In this document: positions 27,385 through 39,126 of the stretch, piece after piece | How positions within the stretch are numbered: the stretch's first letter is position 1 | Layout of the letters: each line of letters opens with the position of its first letter | Origin: Octopus vulgaris | Lineage: Eukaryota | Assembly (NCBI GenBank): GCA_951406725.2 | Contig: OX597816.1 | Location: 110,050,001-110,114,000 of the forward strand | DNA: 64,000 bases | Direction of reading: 5' to 3' | The notes under the pieces: model-generated | Database searches by the model: none | The model's input: the letters and a program-made list of their open reading frames with translations, nothing else | What the model was told of the DNA's origin: nothing | Program-made: the position numbers and the translations under genes

Positions 27385-28559
27385 CGAGGGGCATTCAATA
27401 AGTAATGCCCCTGACCCACTTCCCATAGCAGTAGAGCAACGAGACTTGGCACAGCTATTAGTCTTTTTCTACATAGGAACCACCCAAAGTTACGCATTTC
27501 TCCCATCGTTTGAAGCAGCTCTGAAGACAGTTTTTGTAGAAGACCCCAGCTTGGTCTTCCAACCACGACGTGACTTCAGAAATCAAGGCTGCATCATCTG
27601 GGAAACGCTTCCCTTTCAAAAACACCTTCATGGCTAGGAAGAGGTGACAATCAGAGGGTGCAGGTCAGGAGAGTAGGGAGAATGGGGGATGAGTTCATAG
27701 CCGCACGCCTGTGCTTCTGATCTGGCGTCACGCGAGTTGTGGATCGGAGCGTTGTCCTGCAGGAGGAGGATGCCTTTGCTGATCTTGCCCCGCCTCTTGA
27801 TTTTGATAGCTTCTCATAATTTCCTCAAAAGTGAAGCATAATAGACACCTGTAATTGTGGCACCCTTTGCCAAGAAATCTGTCATCACTACTCCGTTCTG
27901 GTCCCAGAAGACTGTGAGCATGACCTTGCCAGCGGAGGGCTGCACCCTTGCCTTCTTTAGAGGAGGTGAGTCACGGTGCTTCCACTGCATTGACTGGGCT
28001 TTGGTCTCTGGATCATAGTGATGGACCCAGGTTTCATCCTGTGTAATCAGTCTTTTGAAAAAATTTGACTGATCTTCTTGGCACATCTTCAAATTCATCC
28101 TCGCGCAATCGACGCGTTCTTGCTTCTGGAAAGGTGTGAGCAGCCTGGAAATCCATCTGGCAGACATCTTTTGCATATGCAAATGGTCATGAATGATAGT
28201 TTCCACAGACCCGGTACTAATCTTGACCTCATGGGCTATTTGGCGAATAGTTATGCGTCGATCTTCCAAAATGGCAGCCTCAACTTGACGCACAGATGCC
28301 TCATCAATGTAAGAAGGGGGCGACCAGATCTGGGAGCTGTTTCCACAGAGTTCCGACCATGTTTGAATTCACGATGCCAGCGTTTTACAAGGTCATATGA
28401 TGGGGCATCATCACCATAAGTTACTTTTATTTCATCAAATGTTCAGAGCTGTAATTTGCCACTTCATCTATAGAGATATAAATAATTGCACATGCAAAAT
28501 TTCAGCTAGATCAAACAATTGCAAGTGGGTCAGAGGCATTACTTATTGAACGCCCCTCG
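27385..28559 (-). mobile_element. Mariner (DD34D) DNA transposon, decayed transposase
   Basis: ~38-bp TIRs cgaggggcattcaataagtaatgcccctgacccactt / aagtgggtcagaggcattacttattgaacgcccctcg with TA duplication. SARWISRLLT, ITQDETWVHHYDPETK, LLLQDNAPIH, PYSPDL motifs. N-terminal deletion and stop. Confidence 0.93.
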
Positions 28560-28804
28560 TAGGATATAAGTAAGGAATCAGACCTACATTTGTAAGTATA
28601 TATGTTAGTATGCATAGATGTGTTAATATAGAGTTACATATATGCCAATTTGCTTAGATATAAAAATGTTGGTTAGAAATGTTGGTTTTGTAAGAGAGGG
28701 TGAGTCCAGATGTTTAAATTCGACTTAAATCGATTTCACTGAACACGGTTATCGAGAAATACACACTATGCATATATATATATATATGAATATATATATA
28801 TATA

Positions 28805-28890
<86 letters not shown>

Positions 28891-28970
28891 GTATTTATGT
28901 ATCTATTTATATATATATATACATACATACATATATATATATGTGTGTGTGTGTGTATATCTATATATGC

Positions 28971-29019
<49 letters not shown>

Positions 29020-29168
29020 GGGTGTGTGTGATTGTGTATAGAAGAATATATTAATAAAAGGGATTCCGACCTTGTCTGATTTTCACGTTTTATTTACAAT
29101 CTCATAATGATATAGGATAATATAATAATTTAAAATAAAATAATAGAATGTTAAATGTTCATTCTGAT

Positions 29169-29213
29169 TGAACTAGTACTTTCATGCATTAAATTCTGCA
29201 ATCTTCAGGTTCA
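29169..29213 (-). ncRNA. Minimal Type I hammerhead ribozyme (predicted)
   Basis: Reverse complement TGAAC-CTGAAGA-T TGCA GAATTTAA TGCA T-GAAA-GTAC-TA^GTTCA. 5-bp helix I, 1-bp helix III with palindromic AGTACT, CUA triplet. Confidence 0.8.
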
Positions 29214-29294
29214 TGTAGTAGTGGTGACAGTCATGCTTCACAATTTTGACTTTCACAGTCAAAATTGTGAAGCATGACTGTCACCACTACTACA

Positions 29295-29339
29295 TGAACC
29301 TGAAGATTGCAGAATTTAATGCATGAAAGTACGAGTTCA
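29295..29339 (+). ncRNA. Minimal hammerhead copy with core-disrupting U16.1>G change
   Basis: tgaac ctgaaga ttgcagaatttaatgcat gaaa gtac GA gttca; differs from its partner at position 29333. Confidence 0.7.
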
Positions 29340-29451
29340 ATCAGAATGAACATTTAATATTCTATTATTTTATTTTATTTTATTATATTATCTTATATCA
29401 TTATGAGATTGTAAATAAAACGTGAAAATCAGACAAGGCCTGAATTACTTT

Positions 29452-29533
<82 letters not shown>

Positions 29534-29589
29534 AAGATTCAGTGATTCAGTTGAATTAGTTGGCACATCTTGGAGTAAGGTAATAAAAT

Positions 29590-29755
29590 GAAATAAAGTA
29601 ATAAGATGTCAGGTACTAATGTAATACGATCGTTTCAATCAGCGTCATTTAATTGAACGATACAAGCATTACATCAATTTGAATAAAGTGCCATCTTCAA
29701 TTGCAGAATATATGGTCGTATTGCATTAATAACTGACATCTTGTTACTTTATTTG
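29590..29755. mobile_element. Small inverted-repeat element with a hammerhead-like fold, between (TA)n tracts
   Basis: aaataaagtaataagatgtcaggtactaatgtaatacgatc (29591-29631) is inverted relative to ggtcgtattgcattaataactgacatcttgttactttattt (29714-29754). Confidence 0.7.
29620..29705 (-). ncRNA. Hammerhead-like fold, UUGAAGA core, long helix II (probably degenerate)
   Basis: Reverse complement TGCAA-TTGAAGA-(~58 nt)-GAAA-CGATCG-TA^TTACA with palindromic ACGATCGT. The inverted arm preserves TA TTGCA, which restores helix I. Confidence 0.55.
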
Positions 29756-29816
<61 letters not shown>

Positions 29817-29869
29817 GCTACTTTCTCGTATATGAGCAAAGCTATTAATAGAAAGAATCACTGAAATGA

Positions 29870-30175
29870 GTCGTTGATAATGCAATGTGAGGCCCTTGTA
29901 TAGGTCTTGAGTCCAGCGAGTGTTTTGCACATTCTATTACATAATGTATAGCAGTGCTGGCTGATAGAAAGACCAGGTTTCACAGTATGAACACTTTTGA
30001 CATGCCTTTTCGATAGCCCATCTCAAAGACACAGCTTTCCACAAATTGTACATGTTCCGCTGTGAAAAGAAGCCATATCACGTTTATAATTGGTTCATTC
30101 CTGTGAGTTCTCTGATGGCGGATCAGGCCTGCGCAACTGAAGCATTTCCCACGAATCACACACATAAAATGCAAA
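29870..30175 (-). pseudogene. Degenerate C2H2 zinc-finger array, most likely the 3' end of an RTE LINE
   Basis: FMCVIRGKCFSCAGLIRHQRTH; TCTICGK..KRHVKSVH; CNRMCKTLAGLK. The last resembles the C-terminal fingers of the RTE at 3590-3760. Confidence 0.55.
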
Positions 30176-30305
30176 AAATGGGTGTGTGTATTCATATATA
30201 CAAGTACATGCACAGTATAAAGGATATCTATATGACATTGAATCATTGGTCACCTATAAGCATGTAAGCATATTCATGACATTTTTCTCATTTATTATTT
30301 CATTC

Positions 30306-30682
30306 ATTTATTTGTTTCAGTCATTTGAGTGCAGCCATGCTGGAGCACCGCCTTTAGTCGAGCTAATCACCCCCAGGACTTATTCTTTGTAAGCCTAGTT
30401 CTTATTCTATCGGTCTCTCTAGCCGAACTGCTAGTGATGCACACGTAAACACATCAGCATCGGTTGTCAAGCGATGTTGCGGAGACAAACACACAGACAC
30501 AAGTACACACACACACACACACACACATAGATATATACGACGGACTTCTTTTGGTTTTCGTCTACCAAATCCACTCACAAGTCTTTGGTCGGTCCGAGGT
30601 TATAGTAGAAAACACTCGCCCAATGTGCCACGCAGTGGAACTGAACCCCGAACTATGTGGTTGGTAAGCAGCCACTCCTGCT
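30306..30682 (-). mobile_element. SINE family A
   Basis: gtttcagtcatttgagtgcagccatgctggagcaccgcc ... gccacgcagtggaactgaacccc...gccactcctgc. Confidence 0.9.
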
Positions 30683-32118
30683 TACCAACCTATAAATAAA
30701 TTACACGCTAAAGTAACTATAGTACATACTTCATATATATTATGTTGTGTTCCAAGGGAAACGGGAACGTATTTTCATTTATTTCTTGATAAAAAACTTA
30801 CAAACAGTTGTATAACCTCATTTAATATATTTTAAAATAATTTCTAGGAGAATTTGTGCTTTTGGGAGTAGAAGATACTTTTCAAGTTTTCAATTGCTCT
30901 GTCGAACATAACATTTGACAATTACATTCCAAACGGAACATTTTCGAAGTGTTATTTTAAATTTACATATCATAGAAACACCTGTTCTATTACGAATAAT
31001 TGTTTTCCATCTACAGTTTTGTTACGTCTTATGTAGTGTCGACTCTCTTCGGGATATTACATGCTACAGTCCAACAGATATCAAGCTCTGGTGGCACGTC
31101 TGGTGGCCTAGCTGACATTTTCAGGTGCAGACATTTTAGTGAGAAATATTCCTAATGAGCTGTCCGTTACAAAGATGCTTCCGATAATTTTCTAGCACAA
31201 ATAATGTAAATCAGTTTTCGCAGATGGTTTTCAAGAATTCTGCAAATCTAAATTGCTGAGTTTGTCAGAAATTAAAAAAATATATTTATACATGTTGGCA
31301 CTCTTGCTACAGTTCTTCGCATATGTGGTTTTGCTCCAAACGTTTACACTTGTTTCAGGAGGGATAATAGTGGCGATCTTAGTTCCATCAGCAGTAGTAG
31401 TTGCTGTGGCGGTGATGGTCGAGATGATGCAGTGCTTTCTTACTCCCTGACACATATTGCATTGCTTGCATTATTTTTGTTGTTAGAGTTGCGAACACTG
31501 GTATGTACAGTGGTAGTTAAGGCGAGATTTAATTGTTGCCATGCAATGCTTTACATACCGCTATACTACTATTGATTTTGTTGTGATGGTTACAAACTAC
31601 CGTAGCTGATGCAGCGGCGCTTAGTAGATTGAGATTTTCTCCTTTGTTTGCCGCGATTTTGTTGTTTGTGTTTCCATTCACATTTCAGTCTTTGTACTTC
31701 GAATGTAGACGAATCTCCCTCAGTTCTTCACAAGCTGGTTATTGAATACGTCGCCATCTTGTAAATTTTAGTGTACGGAACAAAAAAATTTCAGAATTCA
31801 GTCATAATTTTTAGTTCGCTAAAGTGCAAGACACAAAATAACTAACTAGCTGACTTGGCTCTTGGAAGACTTAACAACAGGTAAATAAGAGACATTAACA
31901 ATGGAAATTTGTCTAGATATTCAAATAAAACAAACATATCAAGGAGCCGTAGTGTACGAGTTGACACAGCGAGCAATAACAACAACACAAATAACAGTAA
32001 TGATAATGATGATGGTCATAATAATAAAACCTATAACGAAAAATGCAATAACAACAACATAAACAATAAATAATTATAATAATTATGTTTTATTTCTTCT
32101 TCTTCTTATAATAATAAC

Positions 32119-32170
<52 letters not shown>

Positions 32171-32334
32171 GTAATAATAATAATAAGCATTATAAACAAC
32201 TGCAATCACTATCAGAACTAAAGCCAGCTCTGAACCATCATTGTCCAATAATCATCATAATCACCATTACCCACATCAATCTCCTGCCCCCTCCTCCATC
32301 CTCCTCCTCCTCCTCCTCCTCCTCCTCCTCCACC

Positions 32335-32374
<40 letters not shown>

Positions 32375-32723
32375 TATCTTGGTTATTATCAATCCAGATT
32401 TTATGGCTATTTTTATTTCTCTGTTCTGTTTACTCTTTCTTTCTTTCTTTCTTTTTTTTTAAAATATATTTGCGATATAGTTTTTCGTTGCTTTAGTTGC
32501 TACATTTCTTTCTGTATTTCAGATTTTAGATGTTGCTTCTTTTACTAGTTTTTGCTTTTCAGAATCTTTTATTTTAATACGTTTGTGTGTTTGTTAATTT
32601 CTCTCTATTTGTTTTGTTTCGTTTATACATAAAGATACAAACGCACATATAAGTTCATAAAATTATATAGAGGTGTATGCATGCTTGTATTTATATATAT
32701 GTATTTATATATATCTATATATA

Positions 32724-32755
<32 letters not shown>

Positions 32756-33209
32756 TGCGTGTGTGTGTGTGTATTGTGTTTGTTTCCCCCAATTGTGTTT
32801 GAGGTGTAAAAACATTCAATATAAATTTTTAAACAATTATTTTTCAATAAAACTTTACTCCTTTGGTTACCAGCACTTCATTTCTCTCTTTCTATGGGGC
32901 GTCTGTTTTTCTCACCCTCTCTGTCTCTCAATATATAGATACGAAGCTGCATACATACACATAATAAAGGTTCATATATATACATATATGTGTGTGTGTC
33001 TGTGTGTGTGTGTGTGTTTGTGGTTGCGTGTGCGCATGGGTATGTGTTATATACCTACATATTATATGTATATTAAATATACATATAATATATATGTTCA
33101 TATATATGTATGTATACATACACACACACACACATATGTATATATATGGACCTTTATTATGTGTATTCATGCAGCTTTGTATCTATCTATATATATCTAT
33201 ATCTATCTA

Positions 33210-33250
<41 letters not shown>

Positions 33251-33692
33251 ATGTATATGTATGCACATTCACATATATACATGTTTATATATGCTATATA
33301 TTTATATGTCCGTGTGTATATGTGTGTATATACATTTACATATATACTTGCCTCTATATATTAATATATATTTTGAGAGAATGTGAGAGATACTCCGTGC
33401 GTGTGAGTTTTCTGTTTATTATTACAGTTTCTTTATCCTTTCCAACCACCACATATACCCGCACACATTTTTACAGGGATTTGAACAAATAGAAATATCA
33501 AATTAAGTTCATTTGGAAACAAATATTGTGCTTTGATGCAGTGAAGAGCAAACAATCAATCGTAAGATAAAATTTTAAATATAATTTATGGGGAAAATAA
33601 AAAAAATAGACGAAAAACATTTTTTCCTTTCTAAAACCTATTTTATCGTTTGCATGTTTGTATGTATACGAAATATATTATTATTATATTTA

Positions 33693-33758
<66 letters not shown>

Positions 33759-33794
33759 TATATTATACACACACACACACACGCACGCATACAG

Positions 33795-33870
<76 letters not shown>

Positions 33871-33991
33871 GCATGTATGTATGTCGTCTGTTTCCGATCT
33901 TTATGCTACTAAATTTCTGTTTGAAAACGTGAAAAAAATACAGTTTGTAGTTTCATATGTTCGTCTAAGTGCAATATAATTCATATAAATA

Positions 33992-34024
<33 letters not shown>

Positions 34025-34149
34025 CGCACAAATGTAAGCACAACACAAAGACAGAGCAACATACTTATGCATAGATAGGGAGAGTCAAACGCAAACATGC
34101 GTGCAGACATACATACACACAACTACTCATTTACACACATTTACACACT

Positions 34150-34203
<54 letters not shown>

Positions 34204-34999
34204 TGTATATATATAAATATAAAGAGTCATATTTACATTCCTCAACTTACTTTTATATAGTAAAATAGCTTAGTCAGTGGCGCACGTAATTAAATAATTC
34301 TGTTACATCATTTAGTTTTGTACCATTAAATCTGAACTCGAAATAGGCAGAAGGATTCGTGGAGAAACACAGTCAGACATAAAGTGATGGTCATGAACTA
34401 AAGCACACACGATTTTAATTCGGTTCTTTTTATCAAAGCGCTTCCAATATGCCTTGATATTTCAATGGAAGTTAACTGCAAGGTATTTGTGCGAATAGAC
34501 AAATGTTGAGGCTTAGTTGAATCTGAAAAATGTCACTGAAGTTACAGAAATACATCTAAATTGAAATACATTCCCACTCGTTTAGTTGTAGGTAATATGT
34601 GTGTGAAGAATTTTAATCAAATCATATATAATTCGGGTGCTGACAGAACACATGAGACAAGAACCTAAACAAAAACTTCTGAAGTCCTTGTTTTATGACT
34701 GCATGGTTTAAGTAAATCATCCAAATATACAATTTGTTCATATGTAGATTATAGGGAAGTTACGTCCTTTCGACAATCTAAGATTGCCTGAGTTATGTTT
34801 GAAACAAAAGTAAAAAAAAACTCCCTTAGTACATGATATCTGAACACGAACGAGGACATAATTCCCCAAATCAACCTTTTTGGCAAATTTATATCATACA
34901 CCTAGTCAATTCCGATTGAATAAGATCTGGCTTGATGTCAACTAGTTTATGTTATTCAAAGGTTTCGAACTTACAAGCTTTTCCAGCACACGTACACAA

Positions 35000-35034
<35 letters not shown>

Positions 35035-35037
<3 letters not shown>

Positions 35038-35305
35038 CAAAATGGGACAAGAACGCAAAACATCCGGACAGTTAGGTGATACAAAAATGGGACATCAAAA
35101 CATCTAGATAGACGATACAAAGGAAACAAGGACGGTTCATTCGGAGTTTTCTTTCCTCAGTAACGTACCAAATTATCTTCACAATTTTGGCCGATTATTC
35201 TTGAGATTGCTCCAATCTAGACTGCCCCAAGGAAAAACTAAGCTAAGAGCATTAGACTCCTTGGGAGAAAGCAGCGAATGTACACAAAACAAGGACGGAA
35301 AAACG

Positions 35306-35310
<5 letters not shown>
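35035..35310 (-). repeat. Short interspersed repeat family X (longest copy) between (TA)n tracts
   Basis: Internal direct repeat aaacaaggacgg (35123, 35287) and hairpin ccaagga...tccttgg. Homologous to 6012-6130 and 58625-58790. Confidence 0.65.
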
Positions 35311-35342
<32 letters not shown>

Positions 35343-36648
35343 GTTGGAAAATTAAAAGTAGTAACTATTATGTTAAACTGTCTTATATCAAAATTTTTCT
35401 CAATATTTATTTTTGTTCCTAGCCGGTTCGTTTGATCAAATTATCATATCTCCCGCTGCTTCAGATGCCAAAATATCAAACCTTTTCAAGGTCTAGTATA
35501 ATGGTTTTGCTATGGAATAGTAAAATTATTTTCCCGTTTTCTGAAGAAGCATTGTTTGTTACTTACGACACTTTTGATATTAAGTGATATTTGTGATTAA
35601 CATAATTTTTTTCACAAAATGTAAGGGTGGAAACGTCTGAAGTTTTACATCTTATCTAGATGTCCACCAGACGTATATTCTTGTCACATTTCTGAAGTTT
35701 TAGCTATTGCAACACAATATATACACAGAATATGTTTATATGTTCATGGAAAAGAAAAGTGGTGGCGTAAAATATTTAGCAGTTAAACAATCCTCAGGCT
35801 CTATTTCAGTTACAATGAATATTTAAATGTGTGAAATAATTTTAATGCTACGTATATTATAATTATGCATCATTCTTAAGTCATTTCAATATTTAAAAAC
35901 ACTAAATAAACATGAGACATTTTAGAAGAAGAAAGATATAGCATGATAATGAGCAGAAGTACTTTTAAAAAGTATATTGCTTGTAGGTTACGAATTACAC
36001 TAACGTATATTTACATACTAAATACAAATCGTCTTTATTCAAATAATTGAGAAATATATGTAAAAACACAAAATTGTGACCCTAACAGAGACAAGCAGAA
36101 TTATTTCTACCGACTCCGTGATAAGTAACAAATAATTTCAAACCATAAAGTAATTAGGAAAAAGTAATTAGGAAATTATACAAACATAAAATGTTAAAGA
36201 AACATCGTGAAAATGTTTATAATTAGATACGCTACGAGGCAAGGAATATACAACTAAGCAGAATAGTAGCCAAAGACGAAACATGTTGTAATTATGATTA
36301 AGGTGAACATCTCTTGGGTATCTGTATATTATACAATTTGTTATATGCATTTTTCATAATCCAGGAAGTTAATTCGTGATTTTATGTAGTTCGATTGATG
36401 CACAATACATATGCACAATACACACAACCTACCATCCCATAGACATACACATATACATACTTAAACGCATACATATATACATATATATAAAGTGGTTGTA
36501 TAAAGTCAACAAAATATGACATTCCCGTAGAGAGAATTACACAATCGCTATATAGCCCTAGGAAGCATCGACGCTTCCTGTCGGCTTTGACACATTTTCT
36601 GTGTCCTTATATTCGCAAAGGGGAGGCAAGCACCCCCACCAGCTAGGA

Positions 36649-36697
<49 letters not shown>

Positions 36698-36699
<2 letters not shown>

Positions 36700-37456
36700 A
36701 TTTTCACACTTCGGACAGTGGTAGAATGTGGCATATAATTCATATTTTACTCTTAGTGTTGTTGAGAAAAGTTTATGTTTTCAAAGTTATTTCGTGTTCA
36801 AGTTGTATTTCGGTAATTTCAACCAATCAATGAGGTGTATTAAGCTGAATAAAAGTACTGTCTTTGTTTGTCAACAACAACTATCGGCGGTGTATATTTC
36901 GTTTGTCACTGTTATTTATGACATTGTTCGTGCGTTTGTGCTGGTTTTAGCTTTAGGGTTTTAGGGTTAGGGCTAGGTTTCTTTGAGTTAGGGCTTTAGG
37001 GTTAGGGTTAGGGATGGGTTTTAGTGTTCGGGTTAGGGTTTTATGGTTAGAGTTATGGAAAAAGTGAAACATGAAATTGGAAGTCTTTCCGAAAATAGTA
37101 GCTGAAAAACAGGAAAAATAAGGTAAAAGCAGTAGAAATGCACGAACAATTATGGTGGTGCCACGAAGTAAACATACTTCAGATACACTAGTTTATTCAT
37201 ACAAACGTAACTGAGATGAAATATGTCATAAATAACAATGACAAATGAAATATACACCGCCGGAGGGTGTTGTTGACAAACAACAGAAGTAATTTTATTC
37301 GGCTGAATACACGTCATTGATTGGTTGAAATTACCGAAATACGACAAATTTAACACGAAATAACTTTGAAAATAGAAACTTTTCTCAACAACACTAAGAG
37401 TAAAATAAATATATTTTATATGACACATTCTACCAGTGTCCGAAGTCTGAAAGTGT
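36698..37456. mobile_element. MITE / non-autonomous DNA element with ~225-bp TIRs and internal TTAGGG-like repeats
   Basis: 36698-36924 is inverted relative to 37223-37456 (cttcggacagtggtagaatgtg.../cacattctaccagtgtccgaag). (TTAGGG)-like array at 36953-37055. Confidence 0.85.
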
Positions 37457-38059
37457 TTAGTTACAAAATATTAATTTCTCGATCTGCCGTTGAAAGAGCA
37501 ATGATCCGAAGCAAATTCTCACTTTATGAAAGCAGAGGATGCCTATTTTGGTGCGGTTAGGTTTTTAATATGTAGGATTCAAAATAATAATATTATTTGC
37601 TACTATCACATATTTCAATAAAATTAGCATAATCAGAATGCCATTTGAAATACGAAAACAACATGTAAACATGTATTGCATAAAATAATTAGAGAATGAG
37701 AAGTTTCTATCTTACATTCTGTCTCTTCCTTTCATTGTAATAGATTTACTGATAAATATCTTTCACTCTTCAAAATATGTCTTTAAAAATTCTAATACCA
37801 CATGATTTTATGTGAGTATACTGCGCAAATACACGAAGAATAGATTTTACAACTTAGCTTATGATATAGTCCGAAGATGCATATAGTGAGCGATACCATC
37901 TCTACTGTGAACAAATGTGTACATATATGGATGCATACAACCAGCTATCTATACATACAAGCATATATATACTCATACATCATATGATGTAAGGTCGGAT
38001 GTACAGTTACATACATCGTACACCATGCATTATATAGATACCTACATACAGGCATTATA

Positions 38060-38104
<45 letters not shown>

Positions 38105-38629
38105 CGATATTTAAATATTCTATATTTACACATACATAGGTAAGGCCACGCGCCAGTTTCAGTGTGTATGTGTATGAAAGACAGTGTGTATGACTGCATG
38201 TAAAGACAGGCCATTAATGATATGCAGATGTATTCTTCAAGCTCGAAATACGATCTTCATATAATGTTCCAATTTATTCATAGAATAAGTAAGCAAGTCT
38301 GAATTCTGTGTTGAGAGTTTTTGGAATAAGTAACTATCCATTCTACGTAGAGGAAATCTATATATATAATCACCATATACGTTTCTATCTTGAAATTTAT
38401 TCTTTAAGTTATTCACCAAGTTTCTAAAGTTTCTAACCATCATTGCACTGTATTTTACACAAGTATTCACACCAAGATCAGCCAAATCAATAACCATAAG
38501 TTCAGATATAAATTTAAAGGTCTAAGTAGTTTTAACTAAGATAGGTCTAAGTTAAGTAGGGAGGATTAATTTGTGTGCATATGTATCTCACTGTGTGTCT
38601 CATACCCATACATATATGTTTATATATAT

Positions 38630-38663
<34 letters not shown>

Positions 38664-39091
38664 GTATGTATATATATATATATATATATACATACATACA
38701 TACATACATTTATAAATATACGCATATGTATATCCACATATATGTATACTGCTTATATAGGTGTCGGAATATAAGATTCTGTAATGCTTTACCCCTGAAT
38801 ATTTATTGATCGATGTGTTTATAAATAGATGTATCAGTGTCACTGGTGTTGTATTCATAAACATGAGTTCTTTGTTATGTTCTGTATTTATACAATAACA
38901 CTAGACATATTCTATTAGTGTTAGAGAACTGATAAATTGGCACACGTTGTAAAATTGATCAGAAAAACTTTTACTACTCAGGCAATGTTCTCCAATATCT
39001 TAGTTTCGAGTACCAGTACTAGTCAATGTCTATTATTTGATTGCTGTCTTATATATATGTAAATACGTATATTTATATGTGTGTATGTATG

Positions 39092-39126
<35 letters not shown>

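Larger units (their letters stand above)
29052..29456. mobile_element. ~400-bp palindromic (foldback) element with a hammerhead in each arm, between (TA)n tracts
   Basis: 29052-29251 is the reverse complement of 29257-29456. Centre ...cacaattttgact TTCAC agtcaaaattgtg... Confidence 0.85.

Noticed and set aside
38237-38497. 86-aa ORF MVIDLADLGVNT... (also 342-623 and 14781-15041)
   Set aside because: No recognisable domain or consistent splice structure; the length is compatible with chance.
38995-39035. Minus-strand TTGACTA-gtactggtactc-GAAA
   Set aside because: Core spacing is wrong and there is no helix I/III.
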